This document shows, piece by piece, positions 18,653-40,301 of a stretch of 64,000 nucleotides of DNA (positions are counted from its first letter, which is position 1; each line of letters begins with the position of its first letter). A program made the position numbers and the translations under genes. Origin of the DNA: the human T2T-CHM13v2.0 reference genome, Homo sapiens; assembly GCF_009914755.1 (NCBI RefSeq), contig NC_060930.1, one strand, 5' to 3'. Below the pieces are notes generated by a model. That model worked only from the letters and a program-made list of their open reading frames with translations. It was not told where the DNA came from and ran no database searches.

Positions 18653-20609
18653 TGAAAAGGTAGAGCTATGGATTGCTGAGACTGCATGTGCTTTCGGAAC
18701 CTGACCATGTCGAATGAAAGTCTGCAAACCTGAGTGTTAGCACTCAGGAGACATTTTGGTCATATGATATAATGACTGATGGTCATTCGATTGATGATTG
18801 ATGGACATTTTGGTCATACGATATGATGAAACTGGAGTAATTGATAATGACTAAGTAGGACTCTGGTAATGTGATGATATCTTTTGGCATTTATTTTTCA
18901 GGTTACCATACTGTGATGTGATTTAATACTGGCCTCATTACCAATAAGAGTCAACTACCTTATATAAACAAGTCTTAGAATAATGCTGATATTGATGATC
19001 AAATATATTGAGAGATTGAGTTAAAACTTCTCTTCAGGTTGTAATAAAATGACTGGCCTGAGGAAGAACTGGGTTTAGCTGACTATTACCTAATTTCTAT
19101 GCTAAATAGCTCAGTATAAATTTATCAGAAGGTACAAATAACAGCAGATCAAGGGAGGAAAAGAGTAATCAAATTATTAACAGTATAAAAATATGAAAAT
19201 GTATGTAATGGCTTTATAGGACAGATGAGTTGCCCACTATTGCTCTATCTGTCTAATAAACACTACACTAACTATAGATGCCTAAACAAAGACGATTGTT
19301 TTGCTGTATAAGAAAGCCTTGGCCAAATGCCAGAGGGTAGTTTATGTAGTGAAAAATTGATTTTGCCCAAAGAGAGGTCCAGCCTTTGCCATTGGCTCCT
19401 AGGAGGCGATCTCTAGGCCCCTGGAATGTCCTGACTAACTGGAGTGTCTTTGCTTTGGGGGGGGTTAGCCACCAGACAGCCTAACAATGTGATTCATGAC
19501 ATATGCTTTGTGCCACATGCTATCAGTTCCAATCTCCCAGGGACTGGAGATGAAAGGTATCAGCCCTGCCTCCAGGAGGGGCTGGGCAGTAAAGGCCAGC
19601 CATGGGGGCGGTGTGTGGTCAAGCCCGGATAAAAACTCTGGACCCCAAAGGCTCAGGTGGGCTTTCCTGGTTGGTGATGCTCTGGGCATGCTGTCACACA
19701 TCAATGCTGGTGAGGGCGGAGTTAACAGTGTGTAGGACCCCACCGGGAAAGGACAACCTGAACCTTTGCATTTGGGCCCCTCTTAGTCTCCACCTCATGT
19801 GTCTCCTCCCTTGGCTGATTTTAAGCTGTATTCTATTCCCTGTAATAAACCATAACTGTGAGTACAACAGCGTTCAGTGAGTTCTGTGAGTCCTTCTAGC
19901 AAATTGTTGAAGCTGAGGGTGGTTTTGGGAACCCTCCAAACTTGTACTTGATGTCAGAAATGAGGGCAGTCTTCTATGTGGACCCCGTGTGCCCTCTAAA
20001 GCTTCATAAATTGCCCTAACTTGCTTAGAAAATGAAGGGAATACTTACATATTGAGTGCTGAAAACCCCAGCCTTCCACTCAGCTCTTACAATGCTGGCA
20101 GCCAGGAATAAGGAGCAGGACATTGGCGTATTCTATGCTGGGAAGTATGATCAGCTCAAGAAAGACCTAATGATAATGACTGTATCAGTTAGCATTCGCT
20201 GTGTAACAAACCACCCCAAAATCTGGTGGATTAAGATGAAGCCTTTGTTAATCACAGCTTGGCAGTTTGGCTGAGCAGTTTCTCTGCTCTGGGCCAGTTC
20301 ATTCGGGCCTTCGTGTTCTAGGAGAGCTTTCCTATCTTGTCCAGTGGTTGGCTTGATGTCAGCTGGAACAACAGCCATGTGTCTTCCATCGTCCATCAGG
20401 ATAATCTAGGCTTTTGTGGTGGCAGAAAGGTCCCCAGCTGCTAACGTTCCATCTGCCAAAGCAAATCATGTGGTCAAACCTAGGTTGAAGAGATAGAGAA
20501 ACAGGCTCCAGCTCTTGACTGACAGAGTGGCAGAGTCACCTTTCAAAGGTGTAGGCATCAGTCAGAATTCTCCAGAAACAGAATGAACAGAGCCTGACAT
20601 CATAGGGCA

Positions 20610-20840
20610 GACCAGTCTGGCCAACAGGGTGAAACCCTATCTCTACTAAAAATACAAAAATAAGTCGGGTGTGGTGGCATGCGCCTGTAGTCCCTGCTAC
20701 TCAGGAGGCTGAGGCAGGAGAATTGCTTGAAACTGGGAGGGGTGGTGGTTACAGTAAGCCAAGACCGTGCCATTGCACTCCAGCCTGGGCAACAGAGAGA
20801 TTCCATCTCAAAAAAAAAAAAAAAATAAAATAAAATAAAA
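20610..20840 (+). mobile_element. 5'-truncated Alu
   Basis: Starts within the left arm; A-tail grades into a TA-rich repeat. Confidence 0.82.
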
Positions 20841-20842
20841 TA

Positions 20843-21192
20843 AATATATATATATATGGTGTATATATATATATATGGTATGTATATATATATGGTATAT
20901 ATATATGGTATGTATATATATATGGTATATATATATGGTACGTATATATATATGGTATATATATATGGTATGTATATATATATGGTATATATATGGTATG
21001 TATATATATATGGTATGTATATATATATGGTATGTATATATATATGGTATATATATAAATTTTGGGTATATACATATTTTGGGTATATATATATTTTGGG
21101 TATATGTATTTTTTGGGTATATATATATTTTGGGTATATATATATTTTGGGTATATATATATATTTTTTTTGGGGGGGGTATATATATATAT
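20843..21192. repeat. AT-rich compound tandem repeat: (TA)nTGG units, then TTTTGGG(TA)n units
   Basis: Directly visible; the motif switches at ~21058. Confidence 0.95.
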
Positions 21193-21415
21193 CCTAACAA
21201 GCAAACAGGGGTAAAAACAGAAGCATAGAGGAAATTATGTAGAGGGAAGAAAACATCTTTGAAAACCTCATGAATTTCCTCAGAGAAGAGATGATAGAGA
21301 ATCCATGAAATAAGAATAGGAAGATGTAAAAAATACAATTTGGAGAATAAAGAAAAGTTCTTGAGAACTATATAAAAACACAAACGAACACATGGAGACC
21401 TTGGAAAATAGGTCA

Positions 21416-22168
<753 letters not shown>

Positions 22169-23151
22169 GAGAATAATTTTTAAAATGAGAAACATGATCA
22201 TGTATCAAGAAAAATGACCAAAGAACATGGGTTTCCAGATACAGTTCTATGTGATGAAGTCCATCACCTTCTTATAATCTGAACACATGATGTAGTTACT
22301 TTGAAATGAATTGTTTCAGGTTGGTTCCTGGGGAAACAGACTCAGAAGGAGATTTGCATGTGAAGCATGTCAGAGAATGACGAATGGAGGACTGGGGATG
22401 CCAGGAGTCAGGTGGTGCATTCCTAGGGACTGTCCCGGTCTGTCCCAAGTGTCTCTGGAGCTCAGACGACCCTCAGAGGTGCCCCAAACTGAGGCAAGGG
22501 AACTAAACCTTTGTACTATCCCCCAGGGCCCAGCACTTGCCCTAAGCCGTCCCTGAGGAGGGGCTGTGACTGTGGGTGGGCTGCTCACTTTAGCTGAAGA
22601 CGACTCTAAGAGAGGGGCTCTCTGAGGGCCAGCAGCGGCCCCAACTCCCAGCAGCTGGGAGAATATGAAGGGGGAGTCTGTGGTCCATGTAACATCTGCT
22701 TTGTTAAACTGGAAGCTTCTAGTTTTGACTTCTTTGAAATCTTTAATGCTCACTTGGTCAACAACCTCTAGTTATACTGCTGAACCTCACCGCGGTCGGC
22801 CTGCAGACAGCGTGTGCTTGGGGCTCCCGTGCCGTGCAGCAAAAGCCGGATCCGGGAGCTCAGTGCTGAGGCCGGCAGTGGCCACAGTCACCCAGCACTG
22901 TCTGCGGGGGGCGTGTGAAGTCTCTCCAGTTCGGGGGTAGGAGGGCGACACTGAAAGGCCTATTGTTGCTGCCCAACTCGGTAACATGGATTTCATCGGC
23001 GATTATGCAGGCATTTCGCTATTGCTAGATGTGACTCCCACACCCTCTCTCTTTTGGGTCTCATCTCCAAAAGGGGTGCTTGTTATGAGGCCCCTCAACA
23101 CTTACTGTGTGGCTGTGCTTATTCAAAGAACATCCAGACTATTACATTTAA

Positions 23152-23458
<307 letters not shown>

Positions 23459-23753
23459 TACATTTAAAAATTTTTAAGCTTACCAAAGTGACGAATTAGA
23501 AGTATTTGTATCTTAAATGACTTTTCAATTTACAAAAGATGGATCATCTAGCACCATATAAGGAACTTCCTTATTACGCTTTAAATGTAATTCAATAAAC
23601 TTCTCGTTCATTGCCAAAGCTGTTTCTATATCATATCTATATCCTATTTATTCAGTGGTGCCTGTTAAGTGCAGCAAGCTTGTGAGATGGGTAGAAGAGA
23701 AGGGGAAAACATCTACATTGAACGTCTTCTGGGTTCTACAACCAGCTATGGTG

Positions 23754-23756
<3 letters not shown>

Positions 23757-23793
<37 letters not shown>
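23757..23793. repeat. (CA)n microsatellite
   Basis: Uninterrupted CA run. Confidence 0.97.
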
Positions 23794-23796
<3 letters not shown>

Positions 23797-24809
23797 GAGG
23801 TAGATATTATCTCCTGCTTACATGTGAGGAAGCTGGTTCAGAGGGGTTAATAAAATGGCCTGGCATCACACAATGCCAGCAAAAAATCAGCAATCGCATC
23901 CCCTGCTGCCTGACAGCACAGTTTCTGAAGTTTCACATCCAAGCTGTTTCCTAGGTAACCACCACACAGCCTCCAGGACCGTCTGCATAAATAGGGAGGA
24001 AGGGGGAATCCAGCCAGCGCCTCTCATTTCCTGCATCAACAATAGTGCAGGCCTTTGTCAGGGCGTTAATGTGGCGAAAACAGCCCCAAAGCTTATCCGT
24101 GGGATTCTAGTTCAAATGAGATATTTCCACTCACTGAAGGGCCCGATTCATTGAGGATCTTGCCTGTCAGAGCACTGAGCCTGTTTCTATTTTTATTCAC
24201 TCCCCTGCCTTTTCCTTTTCTCCCAGGCTTTTTGTTCTCGCAGCAAGGAGTGAGTACTCCTCCTTGTTCACATGAGCCTGTGCCCCTCGAGAAACGCCAG
24301 GATCTGAGCAACCCACCCACTCCCCTGATAGGCAAAGGGCTCTGCAGAGTCCTTGCCGGTCCCCGGCCCTGGGACTGGCCAGGACAAGGCCCAGGGCCGG
24401 CATGACTCTGGGTCACAAGGTCTATTCATCTTGGTGTGGCTTCTTTGCTTATTGTGCTCCGTCCTGTGATGGTCTCTGCAGGGGGCCACAGAGACGTAAA
24501 GAACTTGCTCTCCTTTCCCTGTTGCAAGAGACAGGTCTAGGTTGAAGGACTAAGTGAGCGAGGGAAATGAGGGTCACGGCAGCCCACTCCCTTACCGCCT
24601 TTAACAATTTGATCTCCATCCAACCGAAGCATTGCCTCTATACTTTACTGAGAAGCTCAAAGGCACTTTGCTTTTATGAGCTGCTCTCTTCCGAAATAAA
24701 TATTAATGACATTCAAGCTCGTGGGTGTTGCTGAAAGCCATTTTTCTCGGCAATATTCTGTGCAAAGAACAGGTTGGAAATGTCAGTGGCCAGTCATATT
24801 ATGTATGGT

Positions 24810-25217
24810 TGTATTAGTCTGTTCTGGGATTGCTGTAAATAACTACCTGAGACTGGGTAATTTATGAAGAAAGGAGGTTTAATTGACTCACAGTTCCGAA
24901 GGCTGTACGGGAAGCATGGCTGGGAAGGCCTCAGGAAACTTATAATCATGGCAGAAAGCAAAGGGGAAACAGGCATGTTTCACATGACAGGAAAAAGAGG
25001 AAGAGAGCCAAGGGGGAGGTGCTACACACTTTCAAACAACCAGATCTCGCGAGAACTCACTCGCCAACACAAGAACAGCAAGGGGGACATCTGCCCCCAT
25101 GATCCAGTCACCATCTGCCCCCATGATCCAGTCACCTCCCACAGGGCCCCTCGTCCAACACTGAGGATTACAATTCAACAGGAGATTCGGGCAGGGACAC
25201 AAATCCAAGCCATCTCA
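24810..25217 (-). mobile_element. MST-type MaLR solo LTR
   Basis: TGTATTAGTCTGTTCT...ACTACCTGAGACTGGGTAATTTAT...; internal 24-bp tandem duplication at ~25089-25136. Confidence 0.85.
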
Positions 25218-26560
25218 ATGATTAACATCTTCACTTGCCCCTTTCAAATATCCATGGTCAGCTGCAGCGTGGCGTAGGTCGCCATCAAGAGGCAGCCGAC
25301 TACACTAGCTGTGGTGCTGGCCCCCAGGGATGGGGAAGGGCAGACACAGATATTCATCGGGAAGACACTGGATCTAGCGGTTTGAGCTGGTGGGTGAAGG
25401 CAGCAGGCTCCGTCTCTGGACATGATGGTGCACCAAGTCACACTATTAGTTCTGGATGGGGCAGGGACAGGGCAGGGACAGGGCTCAGTGCCCAAGCAGC
25501 AGGGCAGGGCTGACATAATCCCAGGGTGCCACAGCTAGTGGCTGGATATGAGGTGGCCCTATTGAATACCAGTGATACATTTTTCGGGTGTGGTGCTGCC
25601 ACTGTGGTTACATCAGAGAATGCCTTTGTCCCCAGGAGGTGCGTGCTGAAACATTTAGGGTGAAGCGTCGTGATGTCTGCAATCTACTTTCAAATAATTC
25701 AGCAAAAAAAAAAAAAAAGCTTACACACAAACGTGGCAAAATGGGCAAAATGTTAAAAACTACTGAAGGCAGAGGAAGGGTATGCAGAGACTGGCTGTGC
25801 TATTCTTTCAACTTGTAGGTTATAAGGCTTTTTAAAAATAAATTTTTGAAGTTTTTCCAAACGGGTTAATGATTGATTCTAGGCTTGAAACATGAAGCAG
25901 TTTTCCGGTTTTCTTCACAAATGGCCTAGAGTTCAAAACTAGAATAAGTGATACAGCTAGTTACTACTACTTTGCTGACTTCTCATCCTAAATGTAGTAC
26001 AGTCCAGACAGGATGGAATATGGTAAACTGCTACCTTTAAATTCAACGAGTTAAACAGATATTTCATAAAACAGGCTGGCGAATTCTATTTTTATCTTAT
26101 GTTTTCTTGTTCTCACATTTTCAATGCTTAATTGTTTTTCTCATTCGAAAGAATGTTTTATCTGACAACCCATCCTGTGGCCAGAAGTGGGAGCATGTGC
26201 CATCTAGAGATTATACCGCAAAAATGGACAGCAAGTCTTCTAGATCCTGCATGGTCCTGCTTTTGTAGCCTTGAGAAAGTAATGCAACCAACCAAAACAC
26301 ATATGTGGCTACTTGCTCATAATTAGCATGAAAAAAATAGGTATTCTGTATTTTGATGCTCGTGAAAATATATTATGAATACATAACTCAAATAAATAAA
26401 GGCATAAAAATTAGATGATGATGTCTATTTCTCATCCTAGACTGTAAGACCCATAAGGGCAGGAACAGTGTCTTTATTTATATTTGCACCCCTGGTGCCT
26501 AGCCCCATAAATATTTGTTGAATAAATGAAAGTATAAATAAATTAGAAAATAGAAATGTG

Positions 26561-26860
<300 letters not shown>

Positions 26861-26912
26861 AATAGAAACGTGATGATGGTTGAATTCCACAGTAGCCAAG
26901 GACCAAGGATTA

Positions 26913-28363
<1,451 letters not shown>

Positions 28364-29949
28364 TGATGTTCAATGCTCGGGGGGAGATCCTTAGTTAATG
28401 ATACAGCATTGTAAGTATGTAAAATATCTATGTAGTTGAGTGAGGACTAGGTGTTGATATAAAAAATGAAACTAACAGTTGTGTTAGAGTGGTGGGGTTT
28501 GATGTAGCTTTCTTTACCCTGTGTCCATTTTGGTTTTTAATGAAAGGAATTTATAAGTGGGTATTACCTCTGCTGGCCAGCAAACTGAGGCTGTCTTAAT
28601 AAATAAAAGAAATAGCACAACATTAAGAATTATTGCTTCTGTTCACATGGTGTCTAGATTCAAAGAAGTATGTGTTGATTTTATCTCACCTTGGGAAGTA
28701 GAAGAGAAATGCTGGAAGTGACACTAGGATGCCACTGCACCTAGTGCCTTGGCTTTGTTTCCAGGAACCAGCCAACCACGTGAGCAGGAGGCTTGGGCAG
28801 GCCGATGCGCATATGAAAACGGAGTGTAACTTCCCTGATAGACTGTGTTACCATACAGGAAGGGAAGAAGGTCAACTGGAATTAAGGAATATGTCTCCTG
28901 GGTGGCCTATTCAGTGCTTGCCAATCTGTAAACTACTCACTTTGCAGGTGGAAGTGGCAGCACCGTGTCTGCACACATAGGTGGGTCTGCAGATTCAATA
29001 GTACTATATCCTAAACTACAAAAATTAATCACACTGGGTTCAAAATCACTATGGTGGATTTAAAAATAAATGCCCTCGATAATATAAATGATGCTCATCC
29101 TCACTGATAATTAAGAAATATAAATTAAAGGATAAGATATCATTTTTCATCAAGTTGGCAAAATTTTTTAATTTGATGACATCTATTGTTGGACAATATG
29201 AATGTTTAGTACATAAATACAGGTGTATAAAAAATTTTAAAGCTTTCCTAAAATTGACCTTAATTTCTAACTCAAGAGGCTTCTTCTGTTTGGCAGCAAC
29301 AACTTCAACTTAGTCAATGTTGGTTAATCTTTATCAATCCAGGAGACCCTTAGTCAACTTCTCTGTCTATCTGAGGTTGACGTGAAGTTAGGGAAGGTGT
29401 GTGTGATGCCAGAGTAATGGCAGGGGAGGGAGGTTGCATTCCTTCTTCACTGCCATCAATCCGTGCTGGCCCCTGATGAGATGCCCACATTCCCCTAGAG
29501 TCTTCCATAATAAATTCCATGCTGACATACCCTGCTTTCTCCCATTGTCTAGATAATGAGGTATCTTTGGTTCTCCTGGCCTTCTCTCAGCTACCTCTGT
29601 GCTCTTCCAAGTGAAAATAGGGAAAACTCTTCAAATCTCTCCCACAATGTCCTGGAACCCAGTGAGGCTCCATGAGGCTGCCCTGGTACCTTTGAGCCTA
29701 AACATGTGTCTTGCTATTTCTACTCTACCGCTGGCACATCAAATTGGTGGGTGTCAATGTGGTTGGGTTTACCATTTCCCAGGATCCAAGATAGAAACCA
29801 GTATGCAGATTTCTGGCTTGTGAAGGTACTCCTAGTTTATCAGCTATGATGTGTTTGGCTGTAAGTAACAGAAAACCCAACTGAAAGTGACTTTAATAAT
29901 AAGGGACTTGTGATCTCATACAACAAAAACATTATGGTGGTAGTTGTCA

Positions 29950-30960
29950 AAACATGGTCTAGTGATGCCTGGAAGTCCCTGAAACCCTTTCAAGGCACTA
30001 CATGGTCAAAATCATCCATTCCATGTGCAAGTTGCAGATGAACTTTAATGTAACAGAGCAGAAGTCAGTGTTTATTTACAAAAAACTTTATTACCAAATG
30101 TGTTGTGAATAAAGTTTTATTGGCACACAGCTACACTCATTTGTTCATGCATTGTCTGTGGCTGCTTTTGTGCCACACCAGCAGAGTCCAGCAGTTGTGA
30201 TAGAGACTGTATGGCCCACAAAGTGGAAAATATTTACTATCTGGCCCTTTCCAGAAAAAAAATTGCTGATCTCTGCCATAGTGTATAAATCATTTTTGGA
30301 GATAATTTCAGACTCCACATTGCAAATGACCTTTAAGGAGCTACCACTTGTTACATTCTTAGTGTAGTATCAACAAAGAATATCTACAATGACCTGGAAA
30401 GACATAAAAATACTGCTCATTTTGCTACGACATATCTGGGTGAAATTAGATTTTTTTTTTTTAATATACTTCAACCAAACCAACATACCAAAACAGATCG
30501 AATACAAGAACAGACATGAGGCTGGGCCCTGTGGCTCAGATCTGTGATTCCAGTGCTTTGGAAGGCTGAAGTGGGCGTTTGAAGCCAGGAGTTTGAAACC
30601 AGCCTTGTCCCCATCTTGACAAAGGAAAAAATAAAAATAAACAAGAGCAGACATGAGAATCCAGCTGTGTTGTATTAAGCCAGACATTAATGAGATTTGC
30701 AAAAATGTCAAACAATGCCACTTGTCGCTAAGTTATTTCTTGTTTTAGAAAGATACAATTTTTTCACAAAAATATATTTATTATTAAATTGGTTTATTTT
30801 TAATGGATTAATAAATATATATTTAAAATTTCTCTTGGTTTCAATTAATAACATAATAAATACTGATAGATATAACCCATATAAACAAAAGCTTCTTGGG
30901 GTCCTCAGTAATTTTAAGAGTGTAAAGGGGTCCTGAGACCAAACAGTTTGAGAATCGCTG
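29950..30960. mobile_element. hAT-Charlie DNA transposon remnants (Charlie1-like, with MER58-like and Alu-monomer inserts)
   Basis: MER58-like AATAAAGTTTTATTGG...TATTTACTATCTGGCCCTTT; Charlie-like end GGGGTCCTGAGACC...TTTGAGAATCGCTG. Confidence 0.6.
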
Positions 30961-31132
30961 GTGTAGACTTCATGCAGCTTCAGGGCTGGTTACCACACCA
31001 TCTCACTGATGCTCCCCCGGACCCAGTTGTTTTGTATCTGTTTACTCTGCCATTCTCAGCATATGGACTTGCTCTCTTAGACAGCAGCACCCCCCCTACC
31101 CCACATGGTACCAAATGGACACACAGAAATGA

Positions 31133-31804
<672 letters not shown>

Positions 31805-31918
31805 CCACTGATTTTTCAAAAGCAAGGAAAACCTTTTCCAGAACCAGTGTGCTATTTATTTTTACAATAACCCCAAAAAAGGCCTTATTAAGAAGGGTGT
31901 ATAGGAGTAACTGATACA

Positions 31919-34190
<2,272 letters not shown>

Positions 34191-34504
34191 AAGTGAGCGT
34201 GAGGAGAAAAGGGAGTAAAATATACATCTTCAGGCACACCCACCCTCCAAATAGGGTCTAGATCAAATTTGAAGAGCCTAGCTGACACCTCAGCAACTCC
34301 AGACTTGCCACCGTAGCTGGCGGTGCTAACATAACTTCCAAGGCTGGAGTCGAGGCTGGCAAGCCCTCCAGGGACCCAGAGATTACCAAAGATGCAGTCG
34401 TAGTTCCTAGGCCCTGGAGTCTCCGGATAACGTCTGGACTACAGGCTGCACTGTCTTCTCCATGGCCTGCCTGACAATGGCTTGACCTTGACTCTGGCTC
34501 TTAT

Positions 34505-35102
<598 letters not shown>

Positions 35103-35520
35103 TAACTTAGAGGCTAGTCCAGAGGTTCTTGCTTGGTGACATATAGAGGAAGGAGAGAAGCACCAGCCAGTCTTCCCATACTGCCAGTGTTTAGGCCCTA
35201 TGGGGATTACAACATTGTGTTCAATTCTTTCCTTAGGCAGCTTTCACTCCACATTGCGTCATGTCTGCTATGCACACTATGAGCTTCAGACTATTGGGTT
35301 TCACTTTTTTCCTTAACTTGGCCACCGTGGGAGTCTTAAGAAAATGTGTTGTGTTAATGAAGCATATGCTGAATGTGCTAGCCCAGCGCAGCCACCACGA
35401 TGATTCACACATGACCTAGAAAACTGATTGAACCAGTTAGTCTCCCTGATTTCAGTTCCTGGCCCTTCTTGTCTGTCCTTCCCATCATCACCAGATTTTC
35501 CTTTGCAAGCCATCACTCTA

Positions 35521-35890
35521 TGTTATAGACTGAATGTTGTATCCCCCCGAAATACATATGTTTAAATCCTAACCTCCAAAGTGATAGTCTTAGGAGATAG
35601 GGTCTTTGGAAGGTGATTAGATCATGGGGGTGGAACCCTCATAAATGGGATTAGTGTCTTTATAAAACAGAAACCTGGGAACTCTCTTTTCCGGGTCTTT
35701 CTACCATGTGAGGACACAAGGAGAAGGTGGCCATCTGCAACCTAGAAGAGCGCCCTCACCAGGACCCGACCATGCTGGCACCCTGATCTCAGACTTCCAG
35801 CCTCCAGAACCATAAGAAGTGAATTTCTGTTGTTTATAAGTCACTCAGCCTAGGGTACTTTGTTATAGCAGCCTGAATGGACTAAAATAC
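35521..35890 (+). mobile_element. MLT1A/B-type MaLR LTR
   Basis: TGTTATAGACTGAATG start, GCTGGCACCCTGATCTCAGACTTCCAGCCTCCAGAAC core, TTTGTTATAGCAGCC end. Confidence 0.82.
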
Positions 35891-36378
35891 TCTAATGCCA
35901 TGTTAGCACCCTCTTCAAAATCAGAACTGCCTTCTAATGTGCCATTGGCTTTACCCAGATAGAGTGACTGCCAACGTGTTTGTAATGGGGGCCAAGGGTC
36001 GGGGGAACAAGGCAAAGAGCTCAGGAGCCAAAGAGATGACAGGCCAGTGGATGAGGCAGATGTCAAATATGCCTGGAGATGCTGAAGGACACACGTCTCT
36101 CCACTGTTGCCAGTGGGATTAAAAGATCATTCTTCCTTTCAGGCATTTGAATTACAAAAGCAATGCAATACCAAAACATCAAAAGTAGGTTTAATAGTCT
36201 CCCTTCCCTGCCCCTCTCGACACCAGAACACACTGCACATATTTCTTCTTAATCATGACCCTGGAGAGATGGTTTCATGGAAGTTTATATGTTTGCACTT
36301 CAAAGTCGATGACTTCAAGTCTTCATTATGTTACAATTTTGCTGGTTCCATTTTATAACCTAGAGAAATGTCTTAGGA

Positions 36379-37135
<757 letters not shown>

Positions 37136-38974
37136 TTAGCAATTCAGTGACACGAAAGTGAAATGGTTGCAACAGCTGCCAAATTAGGGAAGATTAGCCC
37201 TTCCAAACATTAGGCGAAGCAAGATGGGACTCGTTTTAGAAGCTGCAAAGAGTTTGGATTCCCTTTTCATCTCATTATATCCACAGTTGAGAGAATTTCA
37301 GGGTGGGAGTGTATCTAAGGTCCCCAGCACACTGCATTTCTAAGGGTACCGTGGTTCTCGGGAGACATCAGTGACCCTTCCTCCTGTCCTTCTCTTGCTT
37401 CCTTGGTATTCTCCTCACCCTTTCCTGATGGGCTGTTACTGATTCTGTCTCCATAGCTGAGCTGTAAAACATTGCATACCACGGATGACGCACATTTGCC
37501 CTGGATCCTTTTCCATCCCTCAGCAATCTGTGACCCAGCCCTTTGCCAGCTGCTTGGGAGCCAACACTAATGACTGGAAGCAGGTCGGGGCCATGAACCT
37601 CTGAGACGGGAAAACTTGCAGGCAAGAAGGAATTCCTACCAGGCAGCATAGCGCTTAGACCGAAATGCAGCTCCGCCAAAACTGGCTGATGGGGAAATGA
37701 CTGAGACATTTCTCTATGTCTGAGAAACTTAAAGTTTTGTGGAGAAAGGAACTGACAGAATTTCTATGTAAAGTTGTCAGAACCAAGGGGGCTTAGGAAA
37801 TCCACCTCGGTTCCGAGAAGACTCCCTGAACGGCGTGGTGGGGAGCTTTATCTTGAAAAGGATGAGTGATGGATGAGGTGGCAAGGGCAGGCTCGGAAGA
37901 GTGAGGTAGAGAGAGAGAGAGAGAGAGAGCAGGAGCCCAAGCTTGGGGGCTGGTCAGCAGGGAGCAGGGGAAGCTTTCAGGTACTGGGTAGGGCTAGAGG
38001 TAGGGTGACTGTCAATCAGGGTAGAAGTCTGCTTTCAGAGGGTATTCAGCATTGTATTAGGACACTTGCACTTTATACTTCAGGGAAATGAGAGTTTAAG
38101 AAGTGAAATAACAGGATCAGGTTTTCAATTCTGATAATCACCCTGGCTGCAGTACAAAGCATAGATTGGAATCTCTCTTCTTAGTGTAGTATCTGTCAAT
38201 GGTGGGTGCTCAGTAAATATCTGTTGAACAAATGGTCAGTGAAGAAAGGAAAGGGAAAAAGATCCCTTTTAATAGGCTTAATGGGCCTGCAGCGAAAAGT
38301 GGGGTGGGGGAATTTGACACAGATGCTGCTGCCCTGCTGCAGCTTTGTTTCATTCTGTTTTTAATTTACCGGGGCTGCAAGGGAAAGGGCGACTTCTGGG
38401 ATCTCTGGAGCTAGGATGAGTCAAAGGCCTGCTGACGACATGCTAGAGCTCTGCTCCTCGCAGCACGATCAGGCAGCAGCGGCATCAGCTGGGAACTTGG
38501 TGGAAATGTAGAATCTCTGGCCCCGCCCTAGACCAACTAAGCCAGAGTCTGCATTTAACTAGATCCCCAGGTGATGAGTAGGCACTTGAGGGTTAGAGGA
38601 GCCGGGTGTAGACTCAGAAGCTCCGCCCTGCAGATGAATCATCAGGAGAACCCGGAAGAAGTAGGAAGAGTGGGAGACCTGAGAAATCCGTATTTTCCCA
38701 GTCTCCTCTGCTTGAGACTGCAAGTGGGGCCACACTAATAGAAACCTATGGTTTTCTCCAAAAGCCCCAGCAATTTCATATGATTCAACCTAGTACTTTG
38801 GAGAGTCCCCAGAGTGTGACTCATGACTCCCCCTCACTCAGTTACCACATGGAATTCCCACTTTCCTGCTCTCTGACCTGGGCACCAGCCACGGCTCCCA
38901 AGGGTGCTTGCTTTACGGGGCACTCTGTCTAAGAGGTGAGAATTCTTCTGCACTGCCTTGAATGGCTTCAGCAA

Positions 38975-39165
38975 TGACAACGATGATAACCAACAATGTC
39001 AAGAACTGCTATACACCAGGCACTGTTCTAGGTACTCTTTTGGATTTAACCTTATGAATCATAATGATCGTTACTATTTCACAGATGAAATTTCTATTTC
39101 ACAGATAAAGAAACTAAAGCCCAGAGAGGTTAAGGAGCTTGCCAAGTCACAGGGCATGTGAGTGG
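38975..39165 (+). mobile_element. MIR remnant
   Basis: Core TTTCACAGATAAGAAACTAAAGCCCAGAGAGGTTAAG...CTTGCC. Confidence 0.7.
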
Positions 39166-40005
39166 AGTGACGCCTGCTTATCATTTGGGCCCCGGGGGCA
39201 GAGCTGCTTGATGCTCCAAGAATCACACAGAACCTTTAGCAAACGAGCTCTTTTTGTTTATTGCTGGGAGCATGAGCTATAAGCTAAAGAAACCACTCAG
39301 AGGAACTAGAGACTTATGAGTGGTTCTAAGATAAGTTAATGAGGTTAGGGCTGTGCTGCTGGGGGTGCATGTGTTCCCAGGAGCTGATGTGGCCCACTGA
39401 GTCCCTATAACCTCCAGCATAATCAGGCTCAGGCTGTAGCCCCTGCTGCTGGGGCAGACAGAGGAGTTCAGTGAAGGCTGGAACTGTCACAGGCAAGCAG
39501 CTCTGCCCGAGGAAACCTGAGCAGGATCAGGAGAAGCGGGATGAGGCCAGTGAGGAGCCCCAGACCAGGGCCACAGAGACCCCCAGGATCTACTGAAGGT
39601 GATGGAACACCCCAAAGACAATGCTGAATGTCTACATGAGGAAGTGTCTCCATCACCGGTGGCCCAGAGATAACTGAGGGAGCAATACAGGACCCGAAGG
39701 CCGAGGTCCATCCTTGGGCTATGTCCAGGAATGAGAGAAAGGAGGAGGCCCATGCCCAGAAGCGCCTTCACCCCAGGTCCGCTGCGGTCTCACGACTGAG
39801 ACCCCCTGCTTGCACCCAACCCAGACAGTGCTGAGGAAGGGAAGAGGAAGCAGGAGGGGAAGCCTGTGACAGGACCAGCTGTGCCAGTCTGTAGGAGGCT
39901 GAGCTAGGATAAGAATCCTGTGGCTTGGAAGTCCTTTGCTTCCAGGATTTAGAATCTCTCAATTCTTCCAGGGCTGTTCTAACCTTACTTCTTTAAATTT
40001 ATTAA

Positions 40006-40301
40006 TTTTTTTTTTAAACAGGGTCTCACTTTTTCACCCAGGCTGAAGTGCAGTAGTACTATGCAATCTCAGCTCACTGCAACCTCCCTCTCCCAGGTTC
40101 AAGTGATTCTCGTGCCTCAGCCTCCCGAGTAGTTGGAACTACAGGCGTGCTCCACCAGGCCCGGCTAATTTTTGTATTTTTTGGTAGAGATGGGGTTTTG
40201 CCATGTTGGCCAGACTGGTCTTGAACTTCTGACCTCAAGTGATCTGCCCGCCTCAGCCTCCCAAAGTGCTGGGATTTCAGTGTGAGCCACTGGGCCCGGC
40301 C
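40006..40301 (-). mobile_element. Alu (AluS)
   Basis: Dimeric Alu. Confidence 0.88.
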
